Virus record (IMG/VR): IMGVR_UViG_3300023202_000142
Span: 32,001-96,000 of that record
Direction: 5' to 3' (one strand)
Origin: a virus
DNA: 64,000 nucleotides
Below, piece by piece: positions 18,784-27,535 of this stretch. Within the stretch, counting starts at the first letter, position 1, and each line of letters starts with the position of its first letter. Under the pieces are notes generated by a model that saw nothing but the letters and a program-made list of their open reading frames with translations, was not told the origin of the DNA and made no database searches. The position numbers and the translations under genes were made by a program.

Positions 18784-19106
18784 ACCTCAACCCCGGAATT
18801 CGTCGTCTCGTCGCCTGGCTCAACGAGCACAACTTCAAGACCATTGATTCCGGTGACGGTGCAACCCATGACCACGAGTGCGACCGCGATCATCCCTACG
18901 TTGTCATCCAGCTCGAAGCCCCTGCGTTCATCGAGTGGCACGCCAGTCGTCTGAAACAGCTCCTCGAAAACGAGGGGATCGAATTCGATCCGGCGCAACC
19001 CCACGGGCCCTTCCTGCAGGCAAACTACAGTCCCGTGGACGGTTACGCGTTCCTCGAAGTGCTCAACCTGACCGACGACATGATCTGGCCCGCAGAAGAC
19101 GCGTGA
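18780..19106 (+). CDS. hypothetical protein
   Basis: ATGA overlap; F.TIDSGDG motif. Confidence 0.65.
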   Translation: MNLNPGIRRLVAWLNEHNFKTIDSGDGATHDHECDRDHPYVVIQLEAPAFIEWHASRLKQLLENEGIEFDPAQPHGPFLQANYSPVDGYAFLEVLNLTDDMIWPAEDA

Positions 19107-19138
19107 CAGCGTTTCAGCACATGTGTAGTCTGTGCACA
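19103..19138 (+). promoter_or_regulatory. promoter GTGACA-N17-TAGTCT; operator 19122-19138; near-leaderless ATG 19141
   Basis: operator identical to 13195-13211. Confidence 0.75.
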
Positions 19139-19140
19139 TC

Positions 19141-19542
19141 ATGGGTACGGACCTCTACTATCACATCGAACGCCAACTCGAAGACGGCTCATGGGAGACC
19201 GTCGACTGGCGCGATTACGACCTCGATCTGATCCCGCGCGCCTACGTGTTCTACGGTATCCTGGATGGTACCAGACACGATCTACCGGAAGACCTGAACC
19301 CCATCGTGCCTGAGCCGCGCGGATGGCCACCGCATACCAGAAAGGGTCGTGGGCTGACCTGGGATCACATGTACGGTCACTCCTGGGTAACGGCTGACGA
19401 GATCCGTGAATGGCCAGGCTGGGCTCATGGGTGCAGGAACGACAATCAAACATATCGAGAGCGCGCCGGCGGTATTGCTGATGCGGTCATCGAAGTGCTG
19501 GAGAAAAATGCGCCAGCTCGACTCTACTTTTGCTACGACTAA
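19141..19542 (+). CDS. conserved-type phage hypothetical protein (MG.D...E...PRG.P...HSW)
   Basis: family-typical motifs. Confidence 0.75.
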   Translation: MGTDLYYHIERQLEDGSWETVDWRDYDLDLIPRAYVFYGILDGTRHDLPEDLNPIVPEPRGWPPHTRKGRGLTWDHMYGHSWVTADEIREWPGWAHGCRNDNQTYRERAGGIADAVIEVLEKNAPARLYFCYD

Positions 19543-20357
19543 TGAACGAAGCCGAACTTTGCGCACTCTTCGCCGAAGCTGCCCGCCAGGACGGTTGGAC
19601 GGTCTACCCCGAGGTCAACGACTGGGATCTCGTGTTGGTCTGGAACAACCCGGACGGTCGACCCAAGGCCGCACTGCAGAGGTATGGTCGCAGCGATCTC
19701 GGGTTCGCCGTCCGGCAAGGCGACATCATCGCAATCGAAGCAAAGTCTCGCGCGACTACCGCAGCACTGATGCAGGCGCACAAACGTCAAATGCCACCGG
19801 CCACGACGGCGCGAACCAGGAAGGGCCCGGACTTCAAAGCCGTCCTGGTGCCAAAGGCGCCAAAGGGGTTCAAATATGTTGCCGGTGAGATGGAGCTGGG
19901 CGTCTTCACGTCGCACAACTACGAAGAGCAGAAGCCTGGTGGACGCCGCTGGAAGTGGACGGACCCCTGGCGCGTCCCAATAGAGCCGGCCTTTCAGCTC
20001 CGGCTAACGGAGCGCTGGGCAGGCAAGATGTGGCTACCCCCGGTGGTCCCCGAGAACGACGCCGGGGTGCCCTCGCCTACATCGTTGACCCCCTGGCGGG
20101 TCAAGGCGTTGAAGATATGCGCGCTCCTGCGCACGCGTGGTGGCGTGACCTCCGCGGACTTCAACGAGATCGGTATCTCGATCACGAGGTGGCGCAACAA
20201 CGGTCGTTACTCATGGCTTGTCGACTCCGGCGAGCGCGACGGGAATCGCTACATCTACGTTTTGCCAGACGAACTGCCTGATGATTTCCCTGACATCGGC
20301 TGGGAGGCCGAACGCGATCTGATCTGGGAACAGCATCTCGCGCAAGAAGAGGAGTAG
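19542..20357 (+). CDS. PD-(D/E)xK nuclease-like protein
   Basis: VYPE..WDLV...IAIEAK...QA. Confidence 0.55.
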   Translation: MNEAELCALFAEAARQDGWTVYPEVNDWDLVLVWNNPDGRPKAALQRYGRSDLGFAVRQGDIIAIEAKSRATTAALMQAHKRQMPPATTARTRKGPDFKAVLVPKAPKGFKYVAGEMELGVFTSHNYEEQKPGGRRWKWTDPWRVPIEPAFQLRLTERWAGKMWLPPVVPENDAGVPSPTSLTPWRVKALKICALLRTRGGVTSADFNEIGISITRWRNNGRYSWLVDSGERDGNRYIYVLPDELPDDFPDIGWEAERDLIWEQHLAQEEE

Positions 20358-20358
20358 C

Positions 20359-20430
20359 TTGACACTGTGCAATACGTGCACTAATTCTGGGTGCGAGGAG
20401 ATCACCCCACTCCCGCCCCCTGGAGGTAGC
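20359..20430 (+). promoter_or_regulatory. promoter TTGACA, operator 20366-20382, ACCCCA-loop hairpin 20393-20416, RBS GGAGGTAGC 20422-20430
   Basis: direct motif reading. Confidence 0.75.
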
Positions 20431-20431
20431 C

Positions 20432-20668
20432 ATGAGCCGCCGAAAAGCCGAAAACATTGCCCACCGCCTCTACTACGATGATGAGGTCTACGGCACCGAC
20501 TGTGTCTGCGCCAACGCCCACGTCGCATCTCGCGGTCGCGTCGACACCGACGATATCTCCACTACGACACTTCGCCGACTCGATCGCTATGGTCTCGTCA
20601 GCGTTGAAGGTGACGACGTGTTCAGCACTGAACTAGGCTGTCACGTCGATGTCGTCATTCACCACTGA
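20432..20668 (+). CDS. hypothetical protein
   Basis: strong RBS. Confidence 0.7.
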   Translation: MSRRKAENIAHRLYYDDEVYGTDCVCANAHVASRGRVDTDDISTTTLRRLDRYGLVSVEGDDVFSTELGCHVDVVIHH

Positions 20669-20682
20669 GCCGAGAGGATTCA

Positions 20683-20913
20683 ATGGCCTACCACGCCCGA
20701 AACGGAGTCTCTGTTAACGTCACCCCAATGGGAGTTCGGTCCAAAGTTCGCGTACGAGCCCCAGGGATGGATACATTCCATTTCTACTCCAGCAGTGTGC
20801 CCGACGCGCACAAGCGGCTCACCGTCGAAGCTGACGCGCTTGAGGCTGAAGGCTACACAGGATCTGCTGCTGCGCTGCGGCGGATCGCTGAAGATGCATT
20901 TCCCACTGCTTGA
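20683..20913 (+). CDS. hypothetical protein
   Basis: GAGG SD. Confidence 0.6.
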   Translation: MAYHARNGVSVNVTPMGVRSKVRVRAPGMDTFHFYSSSVPDAHKRLTVEADALEAEGYTGSAAALRRIAEDAFPTA

Positions 20914-20989
20914 CGGTGTGCAATCCGTGCACACATTACACTTGCCCGGGACGGGTCACCCCGCCTGTCCCATCACCAGAGGAGGTAGC
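20910..20989 (+). promoter_or_regulatory. promoter TTGACG, operator 20917-20933, ACCCCG-loop hairpin 20948-20971, RBS GGAGGTAGC 20981-20989
   Basis: direct motif reading. Confidence 0.8.
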
Positions 20990-20990
20990 G

Positions 20991-21410
20991 ATGTCAGTCA
21001 GTTTCTGGAGTAACGAAGATGAGACGATCGTGACTGATCGATACGAGTGTTGCAACCACAAGGGTTGCTACCACTGCGACGGCGCAGGCTTCGTCGAATT
21101 CACCGGCAAGCGTCACGAATGCAACATGTCGAACGCATCGGCGCGCCTGGTCCTGGAAGGTCTCGGCCTTTCCGATGTTGACCCGCTTTGCGGCGAGGTC
21201 GTTCCGGCCGAGATGCCGGACCTGATTCGCAAGGGAATGCGATTGTCGGCACTGGAGTCCGAAACCAGCAAGTACACCTACGACGCCTTCGAGGATGGCA
21301 ACGTGGTGGACTGCGGAATGGACGCCGACCGCCTCAAGGGTAACGTCGGGCGCGTCCTGGAGCTTCTCCGGGTCGCCGTCGAGAACAATTGGACCGTCCA
21401 CTACGGATAG
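20991..21410 (+). CDS. hypothetical protein
   Basis: start reassigned to ATG 20991 behind GGAGGTAGC. Confidence 0.75.
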   Translation: MSVSFWSNEDETIVTDRYECCNHKGCYHCDGAGFVEFTGKRHECNMSNASARLVLEGLGLSDVDPLCGEVVPAEMPDLIRKGMRLSALESETSKYTYDAFEDGNVVDCGMDADRLKGNVGRVLELLRVAVENNWTVHYG

Positions 21411-21419
21411 GAGGTAGAG

Positions 21420-21647
21420 ATGTCAGCCCATGAACTACACGAACTACTGGTCAAGGCCGTCGCCTTTGTCCCCGAGGACGAAGGCGGTGACGCCGAAACC
21501 GATGTCACCGTAAGCCTCGAAGATCTCCGAGATCTGATCACGGTCGCCTGGAAGGCCGTTGATGCTGTTGAAAAGGGCGAGCGGGAAACGAGAAAGTACC
21601 GCGAACTCTACCGTGAGTGCGCGCAGCGAGAGCGGTCCAAAGGGTAG
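21420..21647 (+). CDS. hypothetical protein
   Basis: RBS GGAGGTAGA. Confidence 0.7.
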   Translation: MSAHELHELLVKAVAFVPEDEGGDAETDVTVSLEDLRDLITVAWKAVDAVEKGERETRKYRELYRECAQRERSKG

Positions 21648-21673
21648 ACAAGGGAGTGATCATGGTGCACACT
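21645..21673 (+). promoter_or_regulatory. promoter TAGACA-N17-CACACT with degenerate operator 21655-21671
   Basis: AGTGATCATGGTGCACA. Confidence 0.55.
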
Positions 21674-21701
21674 GCGGTCCCTTTCGCACCCGGGTGCAGT
21701 C

Positions 21702-22052
21702 ATGATTCGAGTCTACGTCGCCGGCCCCTACACCGGGGGCAACACCAATGAAAACGTCGCCCACGCCGTGCATTTCGGCTTTGGGCTGCGCGCCATGGAC
21801 GACCGCATCTGCCCTTTCGTTCCGCACCTCTACCACTTCGCGGAACTGCTCGCGGGCGCCCAGGAGTACGACTGGTGGATGCAGATTTGCCTGGAGGAGG
21901 TCCGACGCTCCGACTACCTGATCCGACTGGATGGTGAGTCCAACGGTGCGGACATGGAAATGGAGGAAGCGCTGGTTAACGGCATCCCGGTCCTGGAGGG
22001 CCCGAAATCCCCGCAGGAAGCTCTTCGGTGGCTGATGGAAAAAGCGGGTTGA
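21702..22052 (+). CDS. nucleoside 2-deoxyribosyltransferase-like (DUF4406-type) protein
   Basis: VYVAGPYTG...PFVPH...W..IC...V..SD....GES.GA..E. Confidence 0.75.
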   Translation: MIRVYVAGPYTGGNTNENVAHAVHFGFGLRAMDDRICPFVPHLYHFAELLAGAQEYDWWMQICLEEVRRSDYLIRLDGESNGADMEMEEALVNGIPVLEGPKSPQEALRWLMEKAG

Positions 22053-22123
22053 CGTTGTGCACAGCGTGCACACATTGATAGTGCCGCGGGCGGTGACCCC
22101 TCGCCTCCGGCCCAGGAGGTAGC
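22049..22123 (+). promoter_or_regulatory. promoter TTGACG, operator TGTGCACAGCGTGCACA with perfect arms (22056-22072), ACCCCT-loop hairpin 22084-22110, RBS GGAGGTAGC 22115-22123
   Basis: direct motif reading. Confidence 0.85.
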
Positions 22124-22127
22124 CCTG

Positions 22128-23345
22128 ATGGAAAAGACCTGTCCCAGATGCGGTGCCCACGCCGCCTGTCCCGAGGAGATCGACCTCGTGTTCGGGTGGC
22201 GCTACGAAGGTACCACTCCTCAGTCGTGGTGCCACGACTGTCGGACCCGACGCGGTGAGTTCGCTGCTGAGCGAGTCAGCCTGGACGTCGGTGCCCGACT
22301 CGGCGCCACCTACTTCGCCAGCGGCTCGAATCACCCTGGTGAGATTCTCGGTCTCGCCGAGTGCGGGATCGATGTCGGCGTCGCAATTCAGGATCTGCAC
22401 TCCGATGGCGAGGCGGCCATCGCTGAGGCCGTCACCCGCTTCGGCGTCTCGGTCTTTGTCGACTCTGGCGCCTTCTCCGAGGTCAGCTTCGGTCCTGACG
22501 GCCCCTACGTCTCCGACCGGATCCCTGATGACGAGTGGCGGGCTCGCCTCGCGGCCTACGAACGAATCGCGTCAGACATCGGCTCTGCGCTCTTCGCCGT
22601 CGCCCCTGACATGATCGCTCATCAGATCGAAACCCTGGGCCGCATGGAAAAGTTCCGCAACGAAATCCGAGCGGTCGCCGCCCACGGCGCCAACGTTCTC
22701 GTTCCGGTCCAGAAGGGTGAGCTGGCGATGTCGGAGTTCTGGGAACTGGCCACTGAGACCCTTGGGGTCGACGACCCCGTTGCCGCGGTTCCGATGAAAA
22801 AGGACGCCACGACGACCGACGAATTCGCTGAGTTCCTGGCAGCTTGCCGGCCCGGTCGGGTCCACCTGCTCGGTCTGGGGCCCAAATCCTCCCGGTTCCG
22901 GGAAGTGATGGCGGTCGCCCGCTCGGTGAGCCCGGAGACCGAGGTGTTCTGTGACTCCGTTCTCATCACTTCACTGGTCGGCCGAAGCAACGGCCGCGGC
23001 GGCGGACCCCGGCCGTTAACCGCGGCCCATGACGAAGTCGTCGAGTTCGTTGAAGGCGGCGTCTTTGTCGGTGACGTCTCTCCCGCCCTGGACTGGACGG
23101 AGATGGCGACCCGCCCGAGTTACTGGGTGTCAGCAACCGGCCTGAAACGAGTTGCCCGCTTTGCTGGTCTCACCGGTTCCACCCGAGCCGCCTTTCTCAA
23201 GGATCCCGATGAATGGGTTGAAGAGAACTGGGAGAACCCGCTGGTCGAGGTCGCCCTGGAGGCCGAGTGGGCCAAGTGGGCCAAGGGTTCCGGTTCCACT
23301 CGGTTCCGTAAGCGAGAGTCGCTCAAGGCGCTGTTCATGGTCTGA
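22128..23345 (+). CDS. tRNA-guanine transglycosylase/DpdA-like TIM-barrel protein with N-terminal Zn ribbon
   Basis: FVDSGAFS, APDMI, VPVQKG, RVHLLGLG, CDS motifs in TGT order. Confidence 0.7.
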   Translation: MEKTCPRCGAHAACPEEIDLVFGWRYEGTTPQSWCHDCRTRRGEFAAERVSLDVGARLGATYFASGSNHPGEILGLAECGIDVGVAIQDLHSDGEAAIAEAVTRFGVSVFVDSGAFSEVSFGPDGPYVSDRIPDDEWRARLAAYERIASDIGSALFAVAPDMIAHQIETLGRMEKFRNEIRAVAAHGANVLVPVQKGELAMSEFWELATETLGVDDPVAAVPMKKDATTTDEFAEFLAACRPGRVHLLGLGPKSSRFREVMAVARSVSPETEVFCDSVLITSLVGRSNGRGGGPRPLTAAHDEVVEFVEGGVFVGDVSPALDWTEMATRPSYWVSATGLKRVARFAGLTGSTRAAFLKDPDEWVEENWENPLVEVALEAEWAKWAKGSGSTRFRKRESLKALFMV

Positions 23346-23348
23346 GCG

Positions 23349-23384
23349 TTGACACCCCTACCAAGGATGTGAATCATGTGCACA
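23349..23384 (+). promoter_or_regulatory. promoter TTGACA-N17-AATCAT; operator 23368-23384; near-leaderless ATG 23385
   Basis: TGTGAATCATGTGCACA. Confidence 0.65.
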
Positions 23385-23636
23385 ATGACTGACGATGAAA
23401 TCGCCGAGACGCTCCGAGGCGCCCTCGCTAGACTCAGTGACGGGTCGGGCTCCGAGGGCATGGTCGAAGACCTCGACCCCGCTTCCGTGGAGTTGAACCG
23501 GGCCTCGGTGAGGACCGGAGACATCTATTACCGAGACGCCTCTCGATCGATCGACAAAGCCATGTTGCTCATCGAGAACGAAGACTACGATGGCGCCGTC
23601 GTCGAACTGGATGTCGCGTTGAGTTTCGTTTCATGA
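23385..23636 (+). CDS. hypothetical protein
   Basis: starts directly after operator. Confidence 0.65.
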   Translation: MTDDEIAETLRGALARLSDGSGSEGMVEDLDPASVELNRASVRTGDIYYRDASRSIDKAMLLIENEDYDGAVVELDVALSFVS

Positions 23637-23884
23637 AGATACCTTGTGAAAAGTGCTTCAAGCTGTATCGGGCAGACGAACATGACGTCTGTCCGAACTG
23701 TAAAGGGCATGGCGTGCCGATGACGACCGAGGATGTTGTCAGAGCCCACTGCTACGCCAACCAGGTCAGGCTCGTTTCGCTGGATTTCCTGCTAGAACTG
23801 TTCGGCGAAGCAGGTCTCATCGTATGCGGTGATGATGGGCTGACCGTCACAGTCTGGCGACCGGATACAGGAGAAAAGAAGTGA
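23633..23884 (+). CDS. small Zn-ribbon protein
   Basis: CEKC..CPNC. Confidence 0.6.
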   Translation: MKIPCEKCFKLYRADEHDVCPNCKGHGVPMTTEDVVRAHCYANQVRLVSLDFLLELFGEAGLIVCGDDGLTVTVWRPDTGEKK

Positions 23885-24483
23885 GTTCTACCGCTGACCA
23901 TTTCCGCGAAGGGGCCCCCGATTTTTACCCGACCCCGCTATGGTGCGTCGATCGGCTATTTGACGCCTTCGAACCGCCCGAGGGGAAGTGGCTGGAACCC
24001 GGGGCAGGCAACGGTCAGATTATCCGAGCTGCATCTCACCACGGATTCTTCCCCGACTGGACAGCCATCGAACTACAGCCCGAACTGGAAACGAACCTGT
24101 TGCAGGTCCTGCCCCCTGAGTCCGTGCTGTGTCCGCAGGATTTCTTCGAGATCAATCCGTTGGGTCGATTTGATCTCGCTATCGGCAACCCGCCGTTCAA
24201 CCTGGCAATGCAGTTCATCGAGAAGTGCCTCGACGTCGCTTACACTACCGCATTCTTGCTACGCCTGAACTTCCTCGGCACCGCGAAGCGCGCCCCGTTC
24301 TTCCATGATCGAATGCCAGATGTCTACATCCTGCCGGACCGGCCGAGCTTCAAAGGCGGCCGGCGCGACTCAATCGAGTATGCCTGGTTCGTCTGGAGGT
24401 CGGGCGTCTACCGAACCTGGGGGCGTACCGTCGTGTTACCCACCACACCCCTGAAAGTCCGTAAGGAACGAAACCATGTCTGA
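23881..24483 (+). CDS. amino (N6-A/N4-C) DNA methyltransferase, small phage type
   Basis: FYPTP, LEPGAGNG (SAM-binding), IGNPPF catalytic motif. Confidence 0.8.
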   Translation: MSSTADHFREGAPDFYPTPLWCVDRLFDAFEPPEGKWLEPGAGNGQIIRAASHHGFFPDWTAIELQPELETNLLQVLPPESVLCPQDFFEINPLGRFDLAIGNPPFNLAMQFIEKCLDVAYTTAFLLRLNFLGTAKRAPFFHDRMPDVYILPDRPSFKGGRRDSIEYAWFVWRSGVYRTWGRTVVLPTTPLKVRKERNHV

Positions 24484-25033
24484 CGCCCAGCTCGTTGTAA
24501 TCGTCGGCCCCAGCGGAGTCGGCAAAACCACGTTGACCCAGATCCTCCAGGAGAGGAACGACTGGCCAATCGCAGTCTCTCATACCTCCCGACCGCCCCG
24601 TGACGGCGAGGTCGACGGCGTCGACTACCACTTCGTCCCGAAGCATCACATCCAGGCAGCAATCGAGGATGGCTCCGTAGTGGAATGGGCGGAGTACAAG
24701 GGAAACCTCTACTGTCTCACCGCCGACGAACTGGAGCGCGATGAAATCACCACCGTCGTCGTCGAGAGGGCGGGTCTCGACCATCTCCTGGACCGCTACG
24801 GGCATGAGGGTGTGTTGTCGGTACTGGTGCTGCCTCCGAGCCTGCACGACCTCAGAAAGCGTCTACGCGGCCGTGGGGATGACCCCGAACTGATCGAGAA
24901 GCGCATGAAGACCGCCGTCGAGGAGTGCGCGCTGGATCGCGAGTTCGCCCTCCTCGTCGTCAACGGTGACGAGTATGAGGCGGCCAGCCGGATCGCAGGT
25001 GTCGCGGAGTGGAAGTACGAACCGTGCTTCTGA
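24476..25033 (+). CDS. gmk: guanylate kinase
   Basis: GPSGVGKTT, SHTSRPPRDGEVDGVDYHFV, EWAEYKGNLY, PPSLHDLRKRLRGRG. Confidence 0.92.
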   Translation: MSDAQLVVIVGPSGVGKTTLTQILQERNDWPIAVSHTSRPPRDGEVDGVDYHFVPKHHIQAAIEDGSVVEWAEYKGNLYCLTADELERDEITTVVVERAGLDHLLDRYGHEGVLSVLVLPPSLHDLRKRLRGRGDDPELIEKRMKTAVEECALDREFALLVVNGDEYEAASRIAGVAEWKYEPCF

Positions 25034-25058
25034 CTGCGTCCCGGTGTAGGCTGCGCTC

Positions 25059-25664
25059 ATGGCTATCCGGTACAAAACTCGACGGGTGGAATACGGGCAC
25101 TACGAAATCCGTGCCTACGACGGCCGCAAGCGCATCGGTCGCATCGTGATCATGAACCTGGGGAAGCTGGCAAGCGTTGAGGCCGTCCGGGTCGCTGACG
25201 AATACCAGCGTCAAGGGATCGCCACTGAACTCTACTTGATGGCGGCCAAGGTCTCCTGCAAAGAATTCGGTAAGCCGCTTGCGTCAGCGAACTGGGGATC
25301 TATCCCCGCCGCCAAAGGGGTGTGGCGAAAGCTTGTATCGAAGGGCAAGGCGAAGCGCTACACTCAGAAGAAACACCACAAGGACATACAGGGTTACCTG
25401 ATTCCCTGCAGGGGCGTCGAGATCCCCGACGGTGTCGTCATCGAGTCGCTCGTCGAGTACATCGATCACCTCCTAGAAGCTGAGGGCTCCCTGGTAGACA
25501 TGGCACGTGACCGTGCGCGCGGGGATGCTCCGGCGGGGTCAGGCAAGGCCGACTACTTGCCCGATGAGCCCGAGGAAGAGCCCGAGGAAGAGCCCGAGGA
25601 AGAGCCCGCCCAGCCCGGCACCGATGCGACCACCGCTGGTGTCCCGGGTGTCGGTGTCGACTAA
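25059..25664 (+). CDS. GNAT-fold acetyltransferase with internal tag (LVEYIDHLLEA) and acidic tail
   Basis: VRVADEYQRQGIATELY acetyl-CoA motif A. Confidence 0.75.
   Translation: MAIRYKTRRVEYGHYEIRAYDGRKRIGRIVIMNLGKLASVEAVRVADEYQRQGIATELYLMAAKVSCKEFGKPLASANWGSIPAAKGVWRKLVSKGKAKRYTQKKHHKDIQGYLIPCRGVEIPDGVVIESLVEYIDHLLEAEGSLVDMARDRARGDAPAGSGKADYLPDEPEEEPEEEPEEEPAQPGTDATTAGVPGVGVD
25566..25607 (+). repeat. 12-bp tandem repeat GAGCCCGAGGAA, about 3.5 copies (EPEE repeats)
   Basis: direct reading. Confidence 0.9.
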
Positions 25665-25667
25665 GGG

Positions 25668-25711
25668 TTGACCTCCTGGTCAATCGAGGCTTACTGTGCG
25701 CGGACTTCACA
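25668..25711 (+). promoter_or_regulatory. promoter TTGACC-N18-TACTGT with weak operator-like site 25695-25711
   Basis: TGTGCGCGGACTTCACA. Confidence 0.45.
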
Positions 25712-25730
25712 ATCCAGTACAGGAGTCAAG

Positions 25731-26582
25731 ATGCCAGAAATGAGAATCCAGGTGCTCGACGGCGGGTTCGTCGAACTCATCGACATCATGGGCGACGACC
25801 GCGCGATCGAAGAGGCGGCCCGGGTGTCCTACAAGGGCACCCGCGACGAGGAGCGAGATCCCAAGCAGACCAGGGGGTTGATCCGGTATCTGATGCGCAA
25901 CCGTCACACCTCACCCTTCGAGATGGTGTCGTTCAAGTTCGCCTGCAGGATGCCGATGTTCGTGGCCCGGCAATGGGTCCGCCACCGCACCGCGAGTCTG
26001 AATGAAATCAGCGGAAGGTATGCCGAACTGCCGGCCGACTACTACGTTCCCGCGCCCGAGCGCGTGACGTTCCAGTCCAGGTCCAACAAGCAGGGCTCGT
26101 CGGACGAACAGCTCGAAGAGCCAGCCGAATGGATTGAAGAGTTCGACACCGAAGCCATCAGTGCGTTCGAGTTGTACCAGGAGCGCCTCGAAGCCGGGAT
26201 GGCCAAGGAGTTGGCGCGCATCAATCTACCGTTGTCGACATACACTGAGTGGGTCTGGAAGATGGACCTCCACAACCTGTTCCACTTCCTCAATCTCAGG
26301 CTGCATCCTCACGCCCAGCACGAGATTCGGGTCTACGCCAAGGCTATCGCGGAGTTCGTCAAGCAAGCGGTCCCGGTCTCCTGGGGCGCATTCGAGGACT
26401 ACGTGCTCAACGCCATCCATCTCACCTACCCCGAGCAGGTCGCGATTCGGCAAATGCAGGAACCAGTTGAAGCTAACTTCGAGGATGCCTGCAAGGCCGC
26501 TGAGCTGAGCGGACGTGAGCAGCGCGAGTTGCGCGAAAAGCTCGATGTTCTGGAGATCGGCAGGGTCGAGATCCCTTTCTGA
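25731..26582 (+). CDS. thyX: flavin-dependent thymidylate synthase
   Basis: AARVSY, RHTSPFE, FVARQWVRHRTASLNEISGRY, ELARINLP, LRLHPHAQHEIR. Confidence 0.97.
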   Translation: MPEMRIQVLDGGFVELIDIMGDDRAIEEAARVSYKGTRDEERDPKQTRGLIRYLMRNRHTSPFEMVSFKFACRMPMFVARQWVRHRTASLNEISGRYAELPADYYVPAPERVTFQSRSNKQGSSDEQLEEPAEWIEEFDTEAISAFELYQERLEAGMAKELARINLPLSTYTEWVWKMDLHNLFHFLNLRLHPHAQHEIRVYAKAIAEFVKQAVPVSWGAFEDYVLNAIHLTYPEQVAIRQMQEPVEANFEDACKAAELSGREQRELREKLDVLEIGRVEIPF

Positions 26583-26622
26583 ACTCGATGCATCTAAGCT
26601 CTAGTTCGGCTACGCTGAGGTT

Positions 26623-27078
26623 ATGACAGAAGAAACCGTCAATCTCGCTGACATTGTCCAGTTCGCCTCGCAGCACTGGGTAGAACTGGGCACCGGGGCC
26701 GCAGCGGTGACCGCTACAATCTTCCTGGTCGAACTGGGTAAGGGCTGGTTGAAGCTGTGGGTCGCGGATCGTGGCTACTCCGAGCAGTTCGAGGAGAACG
26801 CCGTCCGAACCCTGGTCTTTGCGCTGTCGGTGCCAGTCGCCTGGCTCCTCGAATTCGGCAAGACCTGGGAGTCGTTCTTCGGTAGACCCATGGGCACCGG
26901 CGCCGAGCTGTTCGTTGGCGGAGCCATCACAGCGATCATTAGCATCGTGGTTTACCTGTTCATCCACCGCATTGAACCGATCGAGGTAGCCAGACTGAAG
27001 CTCTACAAGTGGCTGAAGGTCAGCCCCGGCGAAATCGAGAAGGCCCGAAACAACCGACGCGACCAAAAAGGTTCTTGA
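26623..27078 (+). CDS. membrane protein with about 3 TM segments, possible holin
   Basis: hydrophobic segments and basic C-terminus. Confidence 0.5.
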   Translation: MTEETVNLADIVQFASQHWVELGTGAAAVTATIFLVELGKGWLKLWVADRGYSEQFEENAVRTLVFALSVPVAWLLEFGKTWESFFGRPMGTGAELFVGGAITAIISIVVYLFIHRIEPIEVARLKLYKWLKVSPGEIEKARNNRRDQKGS

Positions 27079-27104
27079 CCGCATCGCGACCCCGTCGCTA
27101 CAGT
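27075..27104 (+). promoter_or_regulatory. promoter of tRNA array 1: TTGACC-N18-TACAGT
   Basis: hexamers directly after the upstream stop codon. Confidence 0.7.
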
Positions 27105-27116
27105 CGTCGTCACGGG

Positions 27117-27224
27117 ATGCGACCGGCCACCTTGGAACGAAAACATGATGCAATCATTGCCCAGTCAGATTTGCTCCTCGCTGCTTCCGAGCAGCCACTG
27201 GAGGCGTCTGCGCTGAGCGACTGA
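27117..27224 (+). CDS. putative leader peptide 1, 35 aa (MRPATLERKHDAIIAQSDLLLAASEQPLEASALSD)
   Basis: ATG about 6 nt after predicted +1; Leu/Ser/Gln/Pro-rich distal half; stop about 21 nt before terminator. Confidence 0.6.
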   Translation: MRPATLERKHDAIIAQSDLLLAASEQPLEASALSD

Positions 27225-27276
27225 ATACATCGTTCAAGCCGAAGAAGCCTCCAGTCACTGACTGGGGGCTTTTTTC
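27197..27276 (+). terminator. attenuator 1: terminator GCCTCCAGT-cactg-ACTGGGGGC plus U-tract; antiterminator ACTGGAGGC at 27197-27205
   Basis: 27197-27205 is a perfect 9-nt complement of terminator 5' arm 27247-27255. Confidence 0.75.
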
Positions 27277-27281
27277 GTTTG

Positions 27282-27303
27282 GGTCTTTGACAACTGAAGA
27301 TGA
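27282..27303 (+). promoter_or_regulatory. boxA-like antitermination element GGTCTTTGACAACTGAAGATGA
   Basis: resembles rrn spacer boxA (TCTTTGAAAACT); near-identical copy at 29184-29205. Confidence 0.6.
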
Positions 27304-27308
27304 TGTAA

Positions 27309-27382
27309 GCCCGGGTAGGCTAACTGGCAACGCCGCGGTCCTAAGAAGGCCGTGAGTGTGGGTTCGACTCCCACCCCGGGTA
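27309..27382 (+). tRNA. tRNA-Leu(AAG), short variable loop
   Basis: cloverleaf; CGGTC-ctAAGaa-GGCCG; A73. Confidence 0.8.
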
Positions 27383-27384
27383 CT

Positions 27385-27456
27385 GCTCCCGTACCCCAAC
27401 GGCAGAGGAGCGGCCTTAAAAGCCGTCGAGTCCGGGTTCGATCCCCGGCGGGAGCA
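27385..27456 (+). tRNA. tRNA-Leu(TAA), short variable loop
   Basis: GCGGC-ctTAAaa-GCCGT; TTCGA T-loop. Confidence 0.85.
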
Positions 27457-27458
27457 TG

Positions 27459-27531
27459 GCGCCCATAGGCCAACAGGAAGAGCCGCGTGGTTCAAACCCC
27501 GTGGGTCCAGGTTCGATCCCTGGTGGGCGCA
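27459..27531 (+). tRNA. tRNA-Leu(CAA), bulged anticodon stem, short variable loop
   Basis: acceptor GCGCCCA/TGGGCGC; loop ttCAAac. Confidence 0.7.
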
Positions 27532-27535
27532 TGAT

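Noticed and set aside
25566-25607. Short tandem repeats as a CRISPR array
   Set aside because: No spacers; in-frame EPEE coding repeat. No CRISPR array or cas gene seen in the window.
27287-27292. TTGACA within the boxA-like element as a tRNA promoter
   Set aside because: The -10 position would fall inside the first tRNA (CCCGGG), and the second copy lacks TTGACA.
27459-27531. Reading the third tRNA as a TCA (opal/Sec) suppressor
   Set aside because: That register destroys the anticodon stem; the CAA register pairs with one bulge. TGA is the commonest stop here.
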